Positions 1-9,523 of a stretch of DNA of 64,000 bases are shown here, piece by piece; the first letter of the stretch is position 1, and each line of letters starts with the position of its first letter. The translations under genes were made by a program, and so were the position numbers. The notes beneath the pieces were generated by a model that was not told the DNA's origin, did no database searches, and saw nothing but the letters and a program-made list of their open reading frames with translations. This stretch comes from Dehalococcoidia bacterium (GTDB taxonomy: Bacteria; Chloroflexota; Dehalococcoidia; UBA6926): the NCBI GenBank assembly GCA_963666115.2, contig CAXXET010000003.1, positions 1 to 64,000 of the forward strand. The letters run 5' to 3'.

Positions 1-266
1 GGCACCAGCGCCAGCAGCGCGGCATCGGCATCGCCGAGCCTGAAATCGACCGCCGCCAGGCCGACGTCAGACGCCTCTACACCTCCGGCGACCCCGCCGT
101 CATCGAGCGCATCCTGCGCGAATACAACGTCGGCTACGTCCTAATCGGCCAAACCGAACGCGCCTACTACCCCGAGAACGCCGTCCAGGCCCTCGAACAG
201 CACCCCCAACTCACCCTAGCCCACGAAAACGAAGCCGTCCGCGTCTACGAAGTAACCCACCGCTAA
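1..266 (+). CDS. 3' end of a membrane protein, DUF2298 (Chloroflexi YYY-type)-like; partial
   Basis: Own translation from nt 3: (W)HQRQQRG...IDRRQADVRRLYTSGD...ILREYNVGYVLIGQTERAYYP, stop TAA 264-266; resembles DUF2298 C-termini. Confidence 0.6.
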   Translation, partial: HQRQQRGIGIAEPEIDRRQADVRRLYTSGDPAVIERILREYNVGYVLIGQTERAYYPENAVQALEQHPQLTLAHENEAVRVYEVTHR

Positions 267-370
267 CCCCCCGTGCGCGCAAGGTAATCCAACGCTGACC
301 CCCCGCGTTTGGCAATTCCGGCGCAAATGCCCAATACTAATCAGAGTCGTTTCGTCGAAGAGGTACTCGC

Positions 371-652
371 TTGGCAGAAATCATCGCGATCGTCCGGGAT
401 ATCGTCATCATCGTCTGGGGCGTGCTGGGCATCGTCGCGTTCCTCGTCGTCATCATCGTCGCCGTCGGCATCTACAAGGCGCTCAAGCCCCTCCTCGACA
501 ACATTCGAGGCACGACGGGCGAAGCCCGCGTAGCCGTCCGCCTCGTCACCGACGCCATAATCCGCCCAGCCGTCCCCGTCATCAGCTTCTACACCGGCAT
601 CCGCCAAGGCCTAAAAACCCTAAGCCGCTTCCGCCGCCGCCCCAAACCCTAA
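371..652 (+). CDS. small single-pass membrane protein
   Basis: 93 aa ORF, hydrophobic N-terminal helix, GAGG upstream of TTG start. Confidence 0.65.
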   Translation: MAEIIAIVRDIVIIVWGVLGIVAFLVVIIVAVGIYKALKPLLDNIRGTTGEARVAVRLVTDAIIRPAVPVISFYTGIRQGLKTLSRFRRRPKP

Positions 653-701
653 CCCCGTCGAAGGGCGAGCGACGCGGCGGGCAAGCTGAACGCCTGGCTT
701 G

Positions 702-730
702 TTGACAGATGCGGCGGTGGTCGTTAACGT
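702..730 (+). promoter_or_regulatory. sigma70-type promoter driving a putative small RNA
   Basis: TTGACA (702-707), 17 bp spacer, TAACGT (725-730); no + strand ORF follows. Confidence 0.55.
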
Positions 731-736
731 GGACGC

Positions 737-810
737 GTTAGCACAATCAATTTGATGTATGGGCCAGGCGGGTCTCCTGAGCGTACGGAGGCCGGACCTG
801 GCTCATTTGC
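737..810 (+). ncRNA. candidate DUF3800-associated structured small RNA
   Basis: Nested hairpin GGGCCAGG..GGTCTCC/GGAGGCC..CCTGGCTC at 761-804 with G-U pairs that work only on + strand; downstream of promoter and convergent with DUF3800 ORF. Confidence 0.45.
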
Positions 811-1106
811 TATAGCGTTCCAAGCCGATCGTCAGAGATGTCCTTTGCGTTCACAAAGGCGAGTTCCCCCAGCAGCCTCCCGGCATATTGCTGACGGGGT
901 GGAAGCTTTAGCTCCCTGTCAAATGACCTGAGATATCGGAGCGCAGCCACGTGGCGATTGATCTGCTGGAATGAATCATCGCAGAGATGGAGGACCGCCA
1001 AAACGAAGAATCGGCTGCTCAGCAAGCTGCCGGAATCCTGGTCGAGCGTGTAGCCTGGATCACCGGACTCATCGACAAAGAGAAAGTCTTGCCTGGGCGC
1101 GCTCAT
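810..1106 (-). pseudogene. DUF3800 (RNase H-like) family protein, short, probably internally deleted
   Basis: N-terminal FLFVDESGDPG motif; only 98 aa, lacking the usual C-terminal Q-x-A-D type motif. Confidence 0.6.
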
Positions 1107-1210
1107 CCGATGCCCACGCCAATTGTCCGCATAGTAGATGCCACCCCCGATGCGCCTCCAAGCCCATTATCGCACACGCAGGCACGGAGAAGAGTCCGGC
1201 GTCGCCCCTC

Positions 1211-1330
1211 CCCCCCCACCCCCTTCCGTCATTCCGGCGTAGGCCGGAATCCACCCCCCAGCCCGCAGTGCCACATCCCCCCGCTTACCCTGAGCCAACC
1301 CCCCCCCTCACCCTGAGCCCCGTCGAAGGC
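1211..1330 (+). repeat. REP-like palindrome cluster (CGTCATTCCGGCGTAGGCCGGAATCC and CACCCTGAGCCCCGTCGAAGG)
   Basis: Same units recur many times in the window. Confidence 0.85.
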
Positions 1331-1360
1331 CCCCCCGCGTATACTGACCCCAGAGGCGCC

Positions 1361-3307
1361 ATGATCACACGACTTCTCCTACTCGCAGCGCTGCCGCTAC
1401 TAGTCTTCCTCCTCCTTGCCGTTGCCGCCTGCGAATCGCAGGGTGATACCGACCCGTTGCCAACCCCTGCGCCCGTGCCCACCACCATACCAATTTGGGT
1501 GGCGACCGCCACACCCACTCCGACACCTACACCCACTCCGACACCTACGCCTACTCCGACGCCCACGCCCACGCCTGAACCAACCTTTGACGAACATAGA
1601 AACGCCAGGGCAGTTGCCACCGAGGTCATCGTCGGTGAGGCTGTCGCGGCCGCCATTGACTACGAGGATGACGTTGACTTCTTCCGCTTCACTGCCACGA
1701 CGGGGCAGATCTACCAGATCGACGTGACTCTGGGAACTCTGGATGACTCGGTTGTGGTGTTGTATGACGCCGACGAATCGCAACTGACGTTCAATGACGA
1801 CCACGAGGATTCCCGCGCCTCCCGCGTAATCTGGCGTGCCCCGAACTCCGGTGACTACTACGTTTTGGTGAGAGCCGTAGGCGGCACAGGCTCCTACACC
1901 CTGACTATTTCCTCCGACATCCAGGACGACCACAGCAACGACGCGGACTCCACAACGACCATTACCGTGGGAACCGACCTCCAGGCCGCCATTGACTACG
2001 AAGATGACGTTGACTTCTTCCGCTTCACTGCCACGACGGGGCAGATCTACCAGATCGACGTGGCTCTGGGAACTCTGGATGACTCGGTTGTGGTGTTGTA
2101 TAACGCCGACGAATCGCAACTGACGTTCAATGACGACCACGAGGATTCCCGCGCCTCCCGCGTAATCTGGCGTGCCCCGAACTCCGGTGACTACTACGTT
2201 GCGGTGACAGCCTTCAGCGGCACAGGCTCCTACACCCTGACTATTTCCCTCTCCGACATCCAGGACGACCAAGGCAATGGCGCGGACTCCGCAACGACCA
2301 TTACCGTGGGGACCAATATCCAGGCCGCCATTGACTATGAGGATGACGTTGACTTCTTCCGCTTCACCGCCGCAGCCGGCCGGTTCTATCAGATCGACGT
2401 GGCTCTGGGAACTCTGGAGGACTCGGTCGTGGCGTTGTATGGAGCCGACGCATTGGTACTGGTGTCCAATGACGACCACGGGGACTCCCGTGCCTCCCGC
2501 GTCATCTGGGATGCCCCGAACTCCAGTGATTACTACGTTGAGGTACGTGCCTTTCACGGTACAGGTACAGGCTCCTACACCCTGACTATTTCCCTCTCCG
2601 ACATTCAGGACGACCACGGCAACGGTGCGGACTCCGCAACGACTATTGCGGTGGGAACCGACATCCAGGCCGCCATTGACTACGAGAGTGATCGTGACTT
2701 CTTCCACTTCACCGCCACGATGGGGCAGATCTACCAGATCGACGTGGCCATAGAAACCTTGGACGACTCGTTTGTGGCAGTGTATGACCCCGACAAATTG
2801 GAACTGGTGTCCAATGACAACCACGGAGGCTCCCTCGCCTCCCGCGTCATCTGGGGTGCCCCGAACTCCGGTGACTACTACGTTGAGGTGAGAGCCTCGT
2901 TGGACGCCGGTAGCGACACAGGCTCCTACACCCTGACTATTTCCCTCTCCGACATCCAGGACGACCACGGCAACGGCGCGGGCTCCGCAACGACCATTAC
3001 TGTGGGGACCAATATCCAGGCCGCCATTGACTACGAGGATGACTTTGACTTCTTCCGTTTCACCGCCGTAGTCGGCCAGCTCTATCAGATCGATGTGGCT
3101 CTGGGAACTCTGGAGGACTCGGTTGTGGCGTTGTATGGAGCCGGCGAATTGGAACTGGCGTCCAATGACGACCACCACGCAAATTCTCTTGCATCACACA
3201 TCCTCTGGGAGGCCCCCGAGTCCGGTGACTACTACGTTGAGGTAGGTGCCTATAGCGGCACAGGCTCAGGCTCCTACACCCTCACGGTCTCGCCAGTACC
3301 GAACTGA
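1361..3307 (+). CDS. lipoprotein with PT-rich linker and five tandem PPC-like (pre-peptidase C-terminal) domains
   Basis: MITRLLLLAALPLLVFLLLAVAAC lipobox; (PT)n; five repeats DD.GN...AAIDYEDD.DFF...GSYTLT. Confidence 0.8.
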   Translation: MITRLLLLAALPLLVFLLLAVAACESQGDTDPLPTPAPVPTTIPIWVATATPTPTPTPTPTPTPTPTPTPTPEPTFDEHRNARAVATEVIVGEAVAAAIDYEDDVDFFRFTATTGQIYQIDVTLGTLDDSVVVLYDADESQLTFNDDHEDSRASRVIWRAPNSGDYYVLVRAVGGTGSYTLTISSDIQDDHSNDADSTTTITVGTDLQAAIDYEDDVDFFRFTATTGQIYQIDVALGTLDDSVVVLYNADESQLTFNDDHEDSRASRVIWRAPNSGDYYVAVTAFSGTGSYTLTISLSDIQDDQGNGADSATTITVGTNIQAAIDYEDDVDFFRFTAAAGRFYQIDVALGTLEDSVVALYGADALVLVSNDDHGDSRASRVIWDAPNSSDYYVEVRAFHGTGTGSYTLTISLSDIQDDHGNGADSATTIAVGTDIQAAIDYESDRDFFHFTATMGQIYQIDVAIETLDDSFVAVYDPDKLELVSNDNHGGSLASRVIWGAPNSGDYYVEVRASLDAGSDTGSYTLTISLSDIQDDHGNGAGSATTITVGTNIQAAIDYEDDFDFFRFTAVVGQLYQIDVALGTLEDSVVALYGAGELELASNDDHHANSLASHILWEAPESGDYYVEVGAYSGTGSGSYTLTVSPVPN

Positions 3308-3360
3308 CAATTCCGACGGATCTTCCTACTCCCCTCCCCGCCCACCCCTCCCCAACCCTC

Positions 3361-3422
3361 GCTCACCCTAAGCCCCCCCTCCCCCCACCCCCCTTCCGTC
3401 ATTCCGGCGTAGGCCGGAATCC
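3361..3422 (+). repeat. REP-like palindrome cluster
   Basis: Near-identical to 1211-1252. Confidence 0.85.
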
Positions 3423-3511
3423 ACCCCCGCCCCCAAAATACTCAAATTGCCCTATACTTAACCCAAACCGCCCGGTGATCGGCCAAAACACCCGGGCCAG
3501 GGAGCAGCGCA

Positions 3512-3805
3512 ATGGTTGAACAAGAAGACAACGGCAATGCCCTCACCTTCCTCCTCGGCATCGTCTCAGGCGTCATCGTCGGTGTCGTCCTCGGCGTCCT
3601 CTTCACCCCACAGTCCGGCTCGGAATCGCGGAACGACATCCGTACCCGAACCCTCGGACTCCGCGAGCGCGCCCGCAACATCGGCGAAACGGGCAACGAC
3701 ACCCTCCGCGATGCCATCTCAGAGGGACGCGACGCCGCAATGCGCGCCGGCCAGGAAATGCAGGACTGGATCCGCCACACCCGGGGCGACGGCTCCGCGA
3801 CCTAG
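3512..3805 (+). CDS. YtxH-domain protein
   Basis: FLLGIVSGVIVGVVLGVLFTPQSGSESR matches YtxH pattern. Confidence 0.8.
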   Translation: MVEQEDNGNALTFLLGIVSGVIVGVVLGVLFTPQSGSESRNDIRTRTLGLRERARNIGETGNDTLRDAISEGRDAAMRAGQEMQDWIRHTRGDGSAT

Positions 3806-3806
3806 A

Positions 3807-4481
3807 CTAAACGTCCGGACTCGCGCCCGTCAGCGCCTCTCGCAGCGCCGGCTCCTCCTCCTCCCGCGTAACAGCCAAAACGACCTGCCCCGCTTCAAGC
3901 TGTAGGCCGTTCACCGGTGTCCTCACCGTCTGGTCCGTGCAGACGACGAGTATGATCTCGCTGTCCCCGGGCAGGCTCAGCCGTCCTATCTCCTGCCCCA
4001 GCAGCGGCGAGTCCGGCGTCACCTCGACCTGGCACAACTCCCGCCCCGTCCCCGTGAGCGACAGAACCTGCGTCAGCGGGCGTGACGGCATCTCCTGCGC
4101 GATCTGCGACATGATCACGTCCGTTGAGTTCACCGTCGCGTCCACGCCGAGGATGCTGAATATCTCCCGGTTCCGCGGATCGTTGATCCGCGCCACCGTC
4201 CGCGGCACCCGGAAGCGCGCCTTCGCCACCTGGCACGCGATCAGGTTGTCCGCGTCATCCCCCGTCACCGCCACGAACACGTCCGCCCTGCCCGTCCCCG
4301 CGTCCTCCAGCACGCTCACCTCGCAGCAGTCCCCCTGGTAGGACGCGCTCCCCAGGTCCTCCGCGATAACCGCGCACCGGCGCGCGTCCTTCTCGATGCA
4401 CAGGACTTCCTCCCCGTTGGCCAGCAAAGCCTGCGACAGCCCGAAGCCCACCTTGCCCCCGCCCGCGACGATCACGTACAT
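3807..4481 (-). CDS. trkA: TrkA family K+ uptake protein (RCK N and C domains)
   Basis: VIVAGGGKVG NAD-binding motif, AVTGDDADNL, TrkA-C tail. Confidence 0.88.
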   Translation of the reverse strand: MYVIVAGGGKVGFGLSQALLANGEEVLCIEKDARRCAVIAEDLGSASYQGDCCEVSVLEDAGTGRADVFVAVTGDDADNLIACQVAKARFRVPRTVARINDPRNREIFSILGVDATVNSTDVIMSQIAQEMPSRPLTQVLSLTGTGRELCQVEVTPDSPLLGQEIGRLSLPGDSEIILVVCTDQTVRTPVNGLQLEAGQVVLAVTREEEEPALREALTGASPDV

Positions 4482-4485
4482 GCCC

Positions 4486-4911
4486 CTACCCGCCCCCCGC
4501 CGTCTCGTCTCGCCCGTCGAAGATCATCTCGCGCATGAGGGAGGTCACGTAGCGAGGCGAACTGAGCGTTTCAATGCCCAGCTCGCGAAACACCTCCGCG
4601 CGGCTGTCGTCATACACCCGTGCGATAGCACGGGGAACTTTGAAAATATGCTTTGCGACCTGCGCCGCCATCAGGTTGCGATTATCGCCCTGCGTCACCG
4701 ACACGAACACGTCCGCGTTCTCGATACCCCCGCGCCGCAGCGCCGCCGAATCCAGCCCGTCTCCGATGATCGCGTTGCCCCGGAACCGCGCCGTCAGACG
4801 TTGGAAGGCGTCCTGCCGCGCGTCCATGATCGTCACGTCGTGACCCTCGTCCGCCAGGCTCCGTGCCAGCCCGGACCCGACCCGTCCGCACCCCATGATC
4901 AGGAATCTCAT
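4486..4911 (-). CDS. TrkA-N domain K+ uptake protein
   Basis: MRFLIMGCGRVG...VTQGDNRNL. Confidence 0.85.
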   Translation of the reverse strand: MRFLIMGCGRVGSGLARSLADEGHDVTIMDARQDAFQRLTARFRGNAIIGDGLDSAALRRGGIENADVFVSVTQGDNRNLMAAQVAKHIFKVPRAIARVYDDSRAEVFRELGIETLSSPRYVTSLMREMIFDGRDETAGGG

Positions 4912-5396
4912 TGCTGCTGCGTTGCCCCGTTTCGATTGATCGGCGCGCGCAGAACCCACAGGTTCGAGGGGACGTGCTGGAGCACGTGCGCCGTCGCCGA
5001 CCCCAAACTGTAATCCCCGTACCGCCTCTCGTGGTCGATGCCCATGATCACAAGGTCGGCCCCCCGTTCCACGACCTCCGTGACAATCGCCGGCCCCGCC
5101 TGCCGCGCCTGTAGCAGCTCCGTCACCACGCTCGTCTTCTTGTGCGGCCAGTGCTCCTCAATCTCCCTCAGCGCCCGCTCGCCCTCCCGGACATGCTCGT
5201 GCATCGGATCGTCCAGCGGCGCCGCGCGTGGAACCTCGATGATGTACAACACGTGGACCCGGCCCGATGACTCCCGCGCCACTTCGCCCGCCACGCGCAG
5301 CGCGGACTCATCCATTGACGACCCGACGAGCGGCACCAGGACCGTCTTGGCGGACGGCAGGTCCCCCTTCCCGCCAAACAGGCGCAGGTTCATCAT
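4908..5396 (-). CDS. universal stress protein (UspA family)
   Basis: VLVPLVGS...ADLVIMG...LGSATAHVLQHVP. Confidence 0.85.
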   Translation of the reverse strand: MMNLRLFGGKGDLPSAKTVLVPLVGSSMDESALRVAGEVARESSGRVHVLYIIEVPRAAPLDDPMHEHVREGERALREIEEHWPHKKTSVVTELLQARQAGPAIVTEVVERGADLVIMGIDHERRYGDYSLGSATAHVLQHVPSNLWVLRAPINRNGATQQQ

Positions 5397-5407
5397 GGCC
5401 GCCTCCG

Positions 5408-5773
5408 CTACGCCTCTGCCCCGAGCGACCGTCCGCCGATCAGGTGCAGGTGCAGGTGCGATACACTCATGTGCGCGTCCGGGCCGTTGTTGATGACGAG
5501 ACGATAGCCCGTTTCCGCTATCCCCTCCGAAACGGCCAGCCGGTTGGCGATGTCGAACAGCGTCCCCATGATAGGAAGCTGTGATTCCGTCAACGCCGCC
5601 GCGCACGGAATGCACTCCGTCGGGATGATCAAAATATGGACGGGCGCGCGCGGGTTGATGTCGCGTATCGCGAACACGCGGTCATCCCGGTACAGAAACT
5701 CGCCCGGTATCTCCCCGTCGCGAATCCGGCAGAATATACAGTCCGCTGTCCCCGTCACTGCCCCGGCCTCCAC
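5408..5773 (-). CDS. histidine triad (HIT/Hint) nucleotide-binding protein
   Basis: CIFC...DINPRAPVHILIIP...HLHLHLIGGR. Confidence 0.92.
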   Translation of the reverse strand: MEAGAVTGTADCIFCRIRDGEIPGEFLYRDDRVFAIRDINPRAPVHILIIPTECIPCAAALTESQLPIMGTLFDIANRLAVSEGIAETGYRLVINNGPDAHMSVSHLHLHLIGGRSLGAEA

Positions 5774-5775
5774 GC

Positions 5776-6609
5776 CTAACCCGTCAGGCTGTACGTCGCC
5801 TCCAACTCCGCCACGCGCTCTTCCCTCTTGAGCTTGTCCAGGTGCGTCCGCACGTTCCCCGCCGCCGCCCGTCGCAGCGTCTTCTTCAGGTTCCGCGGAT
5901 AGATGTCCTTGACCATGTCATCGACCTTCTCGATGCCCTTCCCCAACGACGAAACCACCTGCTCTTCGCGCTCCTGCCGGTGCGACATGTACCACGACAC
6001 AAGCCGCCGGCCCCGGGGCGGCTGCACCACCCCGCCGTGCCCCGGCGCAATCGTGTCCACGCGCAGCTTCTCCAGTTTGCCCAGAGTCTTCATGTACTCG
6101 TACAGGTCCTGCACCGACGACGACGACGACCCCAAAATCGTGTCCCCCGTGAACAGCACGCGCTCTGCCGCCAGGTGATAGCAAACGTGGTCGACGGCGT
6201 GGCCCGGCGTGAACAACGCCCGCAGCGCCACTCCCCCGCCCGTTCGCACCATCTCCCGTGACTTGAGCGGAATGACCAGCTCGTCCTGGTGCCCCAGCAC
6301 GCTCCTCATGTCCTTGACCAGCTTGGGATGGCACCGCACCGGCGCCCCCGTCGCCTCCTGTATCCGGTCGACGCCCCCCGTGTGGTCGCCGTGTCCATGG
6401 GAAAGCAGGATGCTCGCAATCTTCGGCGAGCCGAGCGCCTCCCAGTACTCCAGGATCTGTTGTGTCCATGAGCGGTCATGCTCCCCCGTATCGAGAATCA
6501 GCATCTCCTCGGACGGATCGCCGATGAAATAGATGGTCGTGCCCCCCGGGTGCATGTAGTGTGTATCCGCGATGTGGCACCCGTAAACGTGCTCGGTGAT
6601 CTGCGTCAT
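5776..6609 (-). CDS. MBL-fold metallo-hydrolase (LACTB2-like)
   Basis: SHGHGDHTGG, TPGH, FTGD, PGHG motifs. Confidence 0.88.
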   Translation of the reverse strand: MTQITEHVYGCHIADTHYMHPGGTTIYFIGDPSEEMLILDTGEHDRSWTQQILEYWEALGSPKIASILLSHGHGDHTGGVDRIQEATGAPVRCHPKLVKDMRSVLGHQDELVIPLKSREMVRTGGGVALRALFTPGHAVDHVCYHLAAERVLFTGDTILGSSSSSVQDLYEYMKTLGKLEKLRVDTIAPGHGGVVQPPRGRRLVSWYMSHRQEREEQVVSSLGKGIEKVDDMVKDIYPRNLKKTLRRAAAGNVRTHLDKLKREERVAELEATYSLTG

Positions 6610-7289
6610 GACTTCTCCTCGTACTGCCCAAAATGCAGTTCCTCGAACTCCTTGTCCAACCCCGCCAGCACAAGCACGTCCCCCCGCGCAACCTTCTCGA
6701 ACCTGTCCGGCTGGATCAGAGCCTCGTTCCGGTTGCGAATGATCAGCACCACGCTCAACTCATTCGCCTGCCGTGGATGCACCAACCCAAGCTGCTCGAT
6801 TGTCCTCCCTGCCATCCCGTCGCTCACCACCACCGTGCTGATCCCGTACTCGCGGCCCAGCTCAAAATAATCCTGCACGCCCTTGAATGACAGGCTGTGC
6901 GCCAGCCGCTCCGCCGTATCCAGTTCCGGGAACACCACCCGGTCCGCCCCAAGCTGCCGCAGCGCGTTCCCGTGCAGTTCGTCCCGAGCCCGCGCCACGA
7001 TCGCCGGCGCGCCCAGCGTCTTCAACAGCACCGTCGTCAACAGGCTCGTCTGGATGTCCCCCCCAACCGCCACGATCACCGTCTCGGACTCCGGCACCCC
7101 AAGCTCGATAAGCGCCGTCCGGTCGCTCACGTCCGCAACCATCACGTGTTGAAGCAGCGCCGCCGTCTCCCGCACCCGGTTCGGGTCCTTATCCACGGCC
7201 AGCACGTCCACGCCCTTCAACTGAAGGTCGCGCGCAACCCGTTGCCCGAACCGGCCCAGTCCCAGGACAGCTACCTGACCCTTTGCCAC
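6606..7289 (-). CDS. ktrA: KtrA/TrkA family K+ uptake regulatory subunit
   Basis: VLGLGRFG, LGADRVVFPE. Confidence 0.85.
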   Translation of the reverse strand: MAKGQVAVLGLGRFGQRVARDLQLKGVDVLAVDKDPNRVRETAALLQHVMVADVSDRTALIELGVPESETVIVAVGGDIQTSLLTTVLLKTLGAPAIVARARDELHGNALRQLGADRVVFPELDTAERLAHSLSFKGVQDYFELGREYGISTVVVSDGMAGRTIEQLGLVHPRQANELSVVLIIRNRNEALIQPDRFEKVARGDVLVLAGLDKEFEELHFGQYEEKS

Positions 7290-7319
7290 GTCACCGCTCT
7301 CCGTTGCCTTGATTCCGTA

Positions 7320-8753
7320 CTAGCCTATCCTAACTTCGCCCTGCGGGTATCGGAAACGCGCGTATCGTTGCCGGTTTGCCAGCTCCAGCGCCAGGAAGAA
7401 CGGCGCGAAACGCCCCACGAACATCGACAGGATAATCACGCTCTTCCCAAAATCGGACATCCCCGGTATCGTCCCCGTCGATAGCCCCACAAGCCCAAAC
7501 GCGGAAACCACGTCGAACAGGAACGCCACGAACTCCCCCTCCTCGATGAGGTCGATCAGCAGCGCAACCGAGTTCACCCACACGAACGCGAAGCTCGCAA
7601 TCGTGATTGCTCGTCGCACCTGGACGTCCGCGATCTCCCGCCCAAAGATCGACGCGTGCGGCAGCCCCCGGATGCTTGTCATGATCGACGTGAACATCAC
7701 CATGAACGAATTGATCTTGATCCCGCCCGTCATCGAGCCCGCCGCCCCCCCAATCAACATCAGCCAGATCAACAGGAAAAGCGTGTGGTCGTACGTCGCG
7801 TCCACCGCGAACGTGCTGAATCCCGACGTCCGGTTCCCCACCGCCATCACCAACCCGTCCCACAGCCGGTTCACGATGGGCTGCGACCCCAGCGTCGCCG
7901 GGTTCGACCACTCCGTGACCAGGATGCCGATGAACCCCGCGACCGCGACCCCCGCCATCCCTCCCACCACGATCTTCGCGTCCAGGGGCAGCGTCAGCCA
8001 CCTCTTCTGCCGGTAGATGATGATCAAAATAGCCGCCCCCGTCGCCCCCGCGAACGAAAGCAGCGTGATCGGCCCCGCCACCAGTATCGAATAGCGGTAC
8101 TCGAACAGGCTCGGCGCGCCCCCCGTGATGTCGAACCCCGCATTGTGAAACGCCGAAACCGCATGGAACGCCGCGAACCAGCCCGCCTCCCCCAGCCCGT
8201 GCCCCGCGATCACGAACCCCGGCACAAGCACAAGGAAACCGATCAACTGCAGGACAATCGAAATCCGTATGACTTCCTTCGCCTCCTGGCTCACGCTTCC
8301 AAGCGTGCCGCCCCCCAGCGTCGCCCGCAGCGACTGCCGGTCCGAAAGCGACGCCCTCCGCTCCCGACCAAAGATGATGATCGCCAGCCCCGCAACGTAC
8401 CCCAGCCCCCCGATCTCGATCAGCCCCAGGATGATCAGGTGCCCGTAAATCGACCAGTAATCGCCCGTCTCGACCAGGATGAGTCCCGTAACGAAAGACG
8501 CGGACGTCGCCGTGAAGAGCGCCGTGATGAAATCCGTCGGCGTCCCGCTCGCCGTCGCCCACGGCATCAACAGCAAAACAGTCCCAACCGCGATGATCGC
8601 CCCAAAGAACAGGGTAATCCGCACGTACGGCGTGCTAAGAAAACGAGGCAGGCTAGGCGCGCGCGGACGCGCTATCGAAATACGCCGCGACTGCCTGCCG
8701 ATGGAGCGGCGCACAAGCCGCTCGCGGGGGCGCCGCCGGTCATCAACCCCCAT
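7320..8753 (-). CDS. ktrB: KtrB/TrkH family K+ uptake permease
   Basis: ALFTATSA..VTGL, SAFHNAGF, RTSGF, GGIK, VSAFGLVGLSTG pore motifs. Confidence 0.9.
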   Translation of the reverse strand: MGVDDRRRPRERLVRRSIGRQSRRISIARPRAPSLPRFLSTPYVRITLFFGAIIAVGTVLLLMPWATASGTPTDFITALFTATSASFVTGLILVETGDYWSIYGHLIILGLIEIGGLGYVAGLAIIIFGRERRASLSDRQSLRATLGGGTLGSVSQEAKEVIRISIVLQLIGFLVLVPGFVIAGHGLGEAGWFAAFHAVSAFHNAGFDITGGAPSLFEYRYSILVAGPITLLSFAGATGAAILIIIYRQKRWLTLPLDAKIVVGGMAGVAVAGFIGILVTEWSNPATLGSQPIVNRLWDGLVMAVGNRTSGFSTFAVDATYDHTLFLLIWLMLIGGAAGSMTGGIKINSFMVMFTSIMTSIRGLPHASIFGREIADVQVRRAITIASFAFVWVNSVALLIDLIEEGEFVAFLFDVVSAFGLVGLSTGTIPGMSDFGKSVIILSMFVGRFAPFFLALELANRQRYARFRYPQGEVRIG

Positions 8754-8778
8754 AGCAGCAACCGCCTGCCCCTACCCC

Positions 8779-9411
8779 TTAGCCCCCCCCATCATCCCCC
8801 TCCTCCATCACCGCCAGCGCCCGTTCCGCAACCTGCTTGAACACGTCATACGGCTGCGCCCCCACGAAGAAGAACCGCCCGATCACGTACGCCGGAATAC
8901 CCGTCACCCCAATCTGCAGGGCCTCCTGGTACTGCCGCTCGACCTCCTCCTTGTACGTCCGGTCCTCGATGTGCTTATGCATCGTCGGCCAATCGAGGCC
9001 GACCCCCTCCGCGATGGGCTTCAAATTCTCAACCACCCCGAGATCGACCCCGTCGCCCCAGTACGCGCGGTACGCCGCCTCGTGGAACGCCTCCCCCGCG
9101 CCCGCCTGCTTCGCCGCCTCCGTCGCCTCCAGCGCAAGCCGCGTATACGGAACGCGGTCGGGCCGGTTCATCACGATGCCCGCCGCCTCCGCCGCCTGCT
9201 GCACCGGTGAGTTCGGGTTGTTGTACCGCTCCGGGCGCGGAATCCCCTCCGGCGGCAAATCCGGCCGCAGGAAAAACGCGCGGTAATCGATCTCCACCTT
9301 GAAGTCCTGCTTCAGCTTATCGACCCGATCCTGGCCGATGTAGCACCACGGTCAAATGTAGTCGTACCACACCGTCACCGGCAGAATGATCCCGCTCGCC
9401 GTCGTCGCCAT
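8779..9411 (-). CDS. DsbA/FrnE family oxidoreductase, selenoprotein (UPWC)
   Basis: Reading from ATG 9411: MATTASGIILPVTVWYDYI-TGA(9354-9352)-PWCYIG continues in frame into the 8779..9297 ORF; GVTGIP..GAQP C-terminal motifs; hairpin 12 nt after UGA. Confidence 0.88.
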
Positions 9412-9523
9412 GTCAAACTCCCATGGATTCTCCACGCCTGCCCCAATCATACCCTAGTCGCGCCCCCCACTCATTACAGGTACAATAGCCCTAGAGAATG
9501 TCGTAGAGACAAGGTGAAACTCA

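Noticed and set aside
971-1360. Upstream extension of the 778 aa ORF
   Set aside because: It translates REP and antisense DUF3800 DNA; the signal peptide and a -10 box point to ATG 1361.
1400-3178. Long antisense ORFs (also 14100-15473, 48414-49868, 59809-60993)
   Set aside because: These are shadows of real genes in high-GC DNA and have no recognisable motifs.
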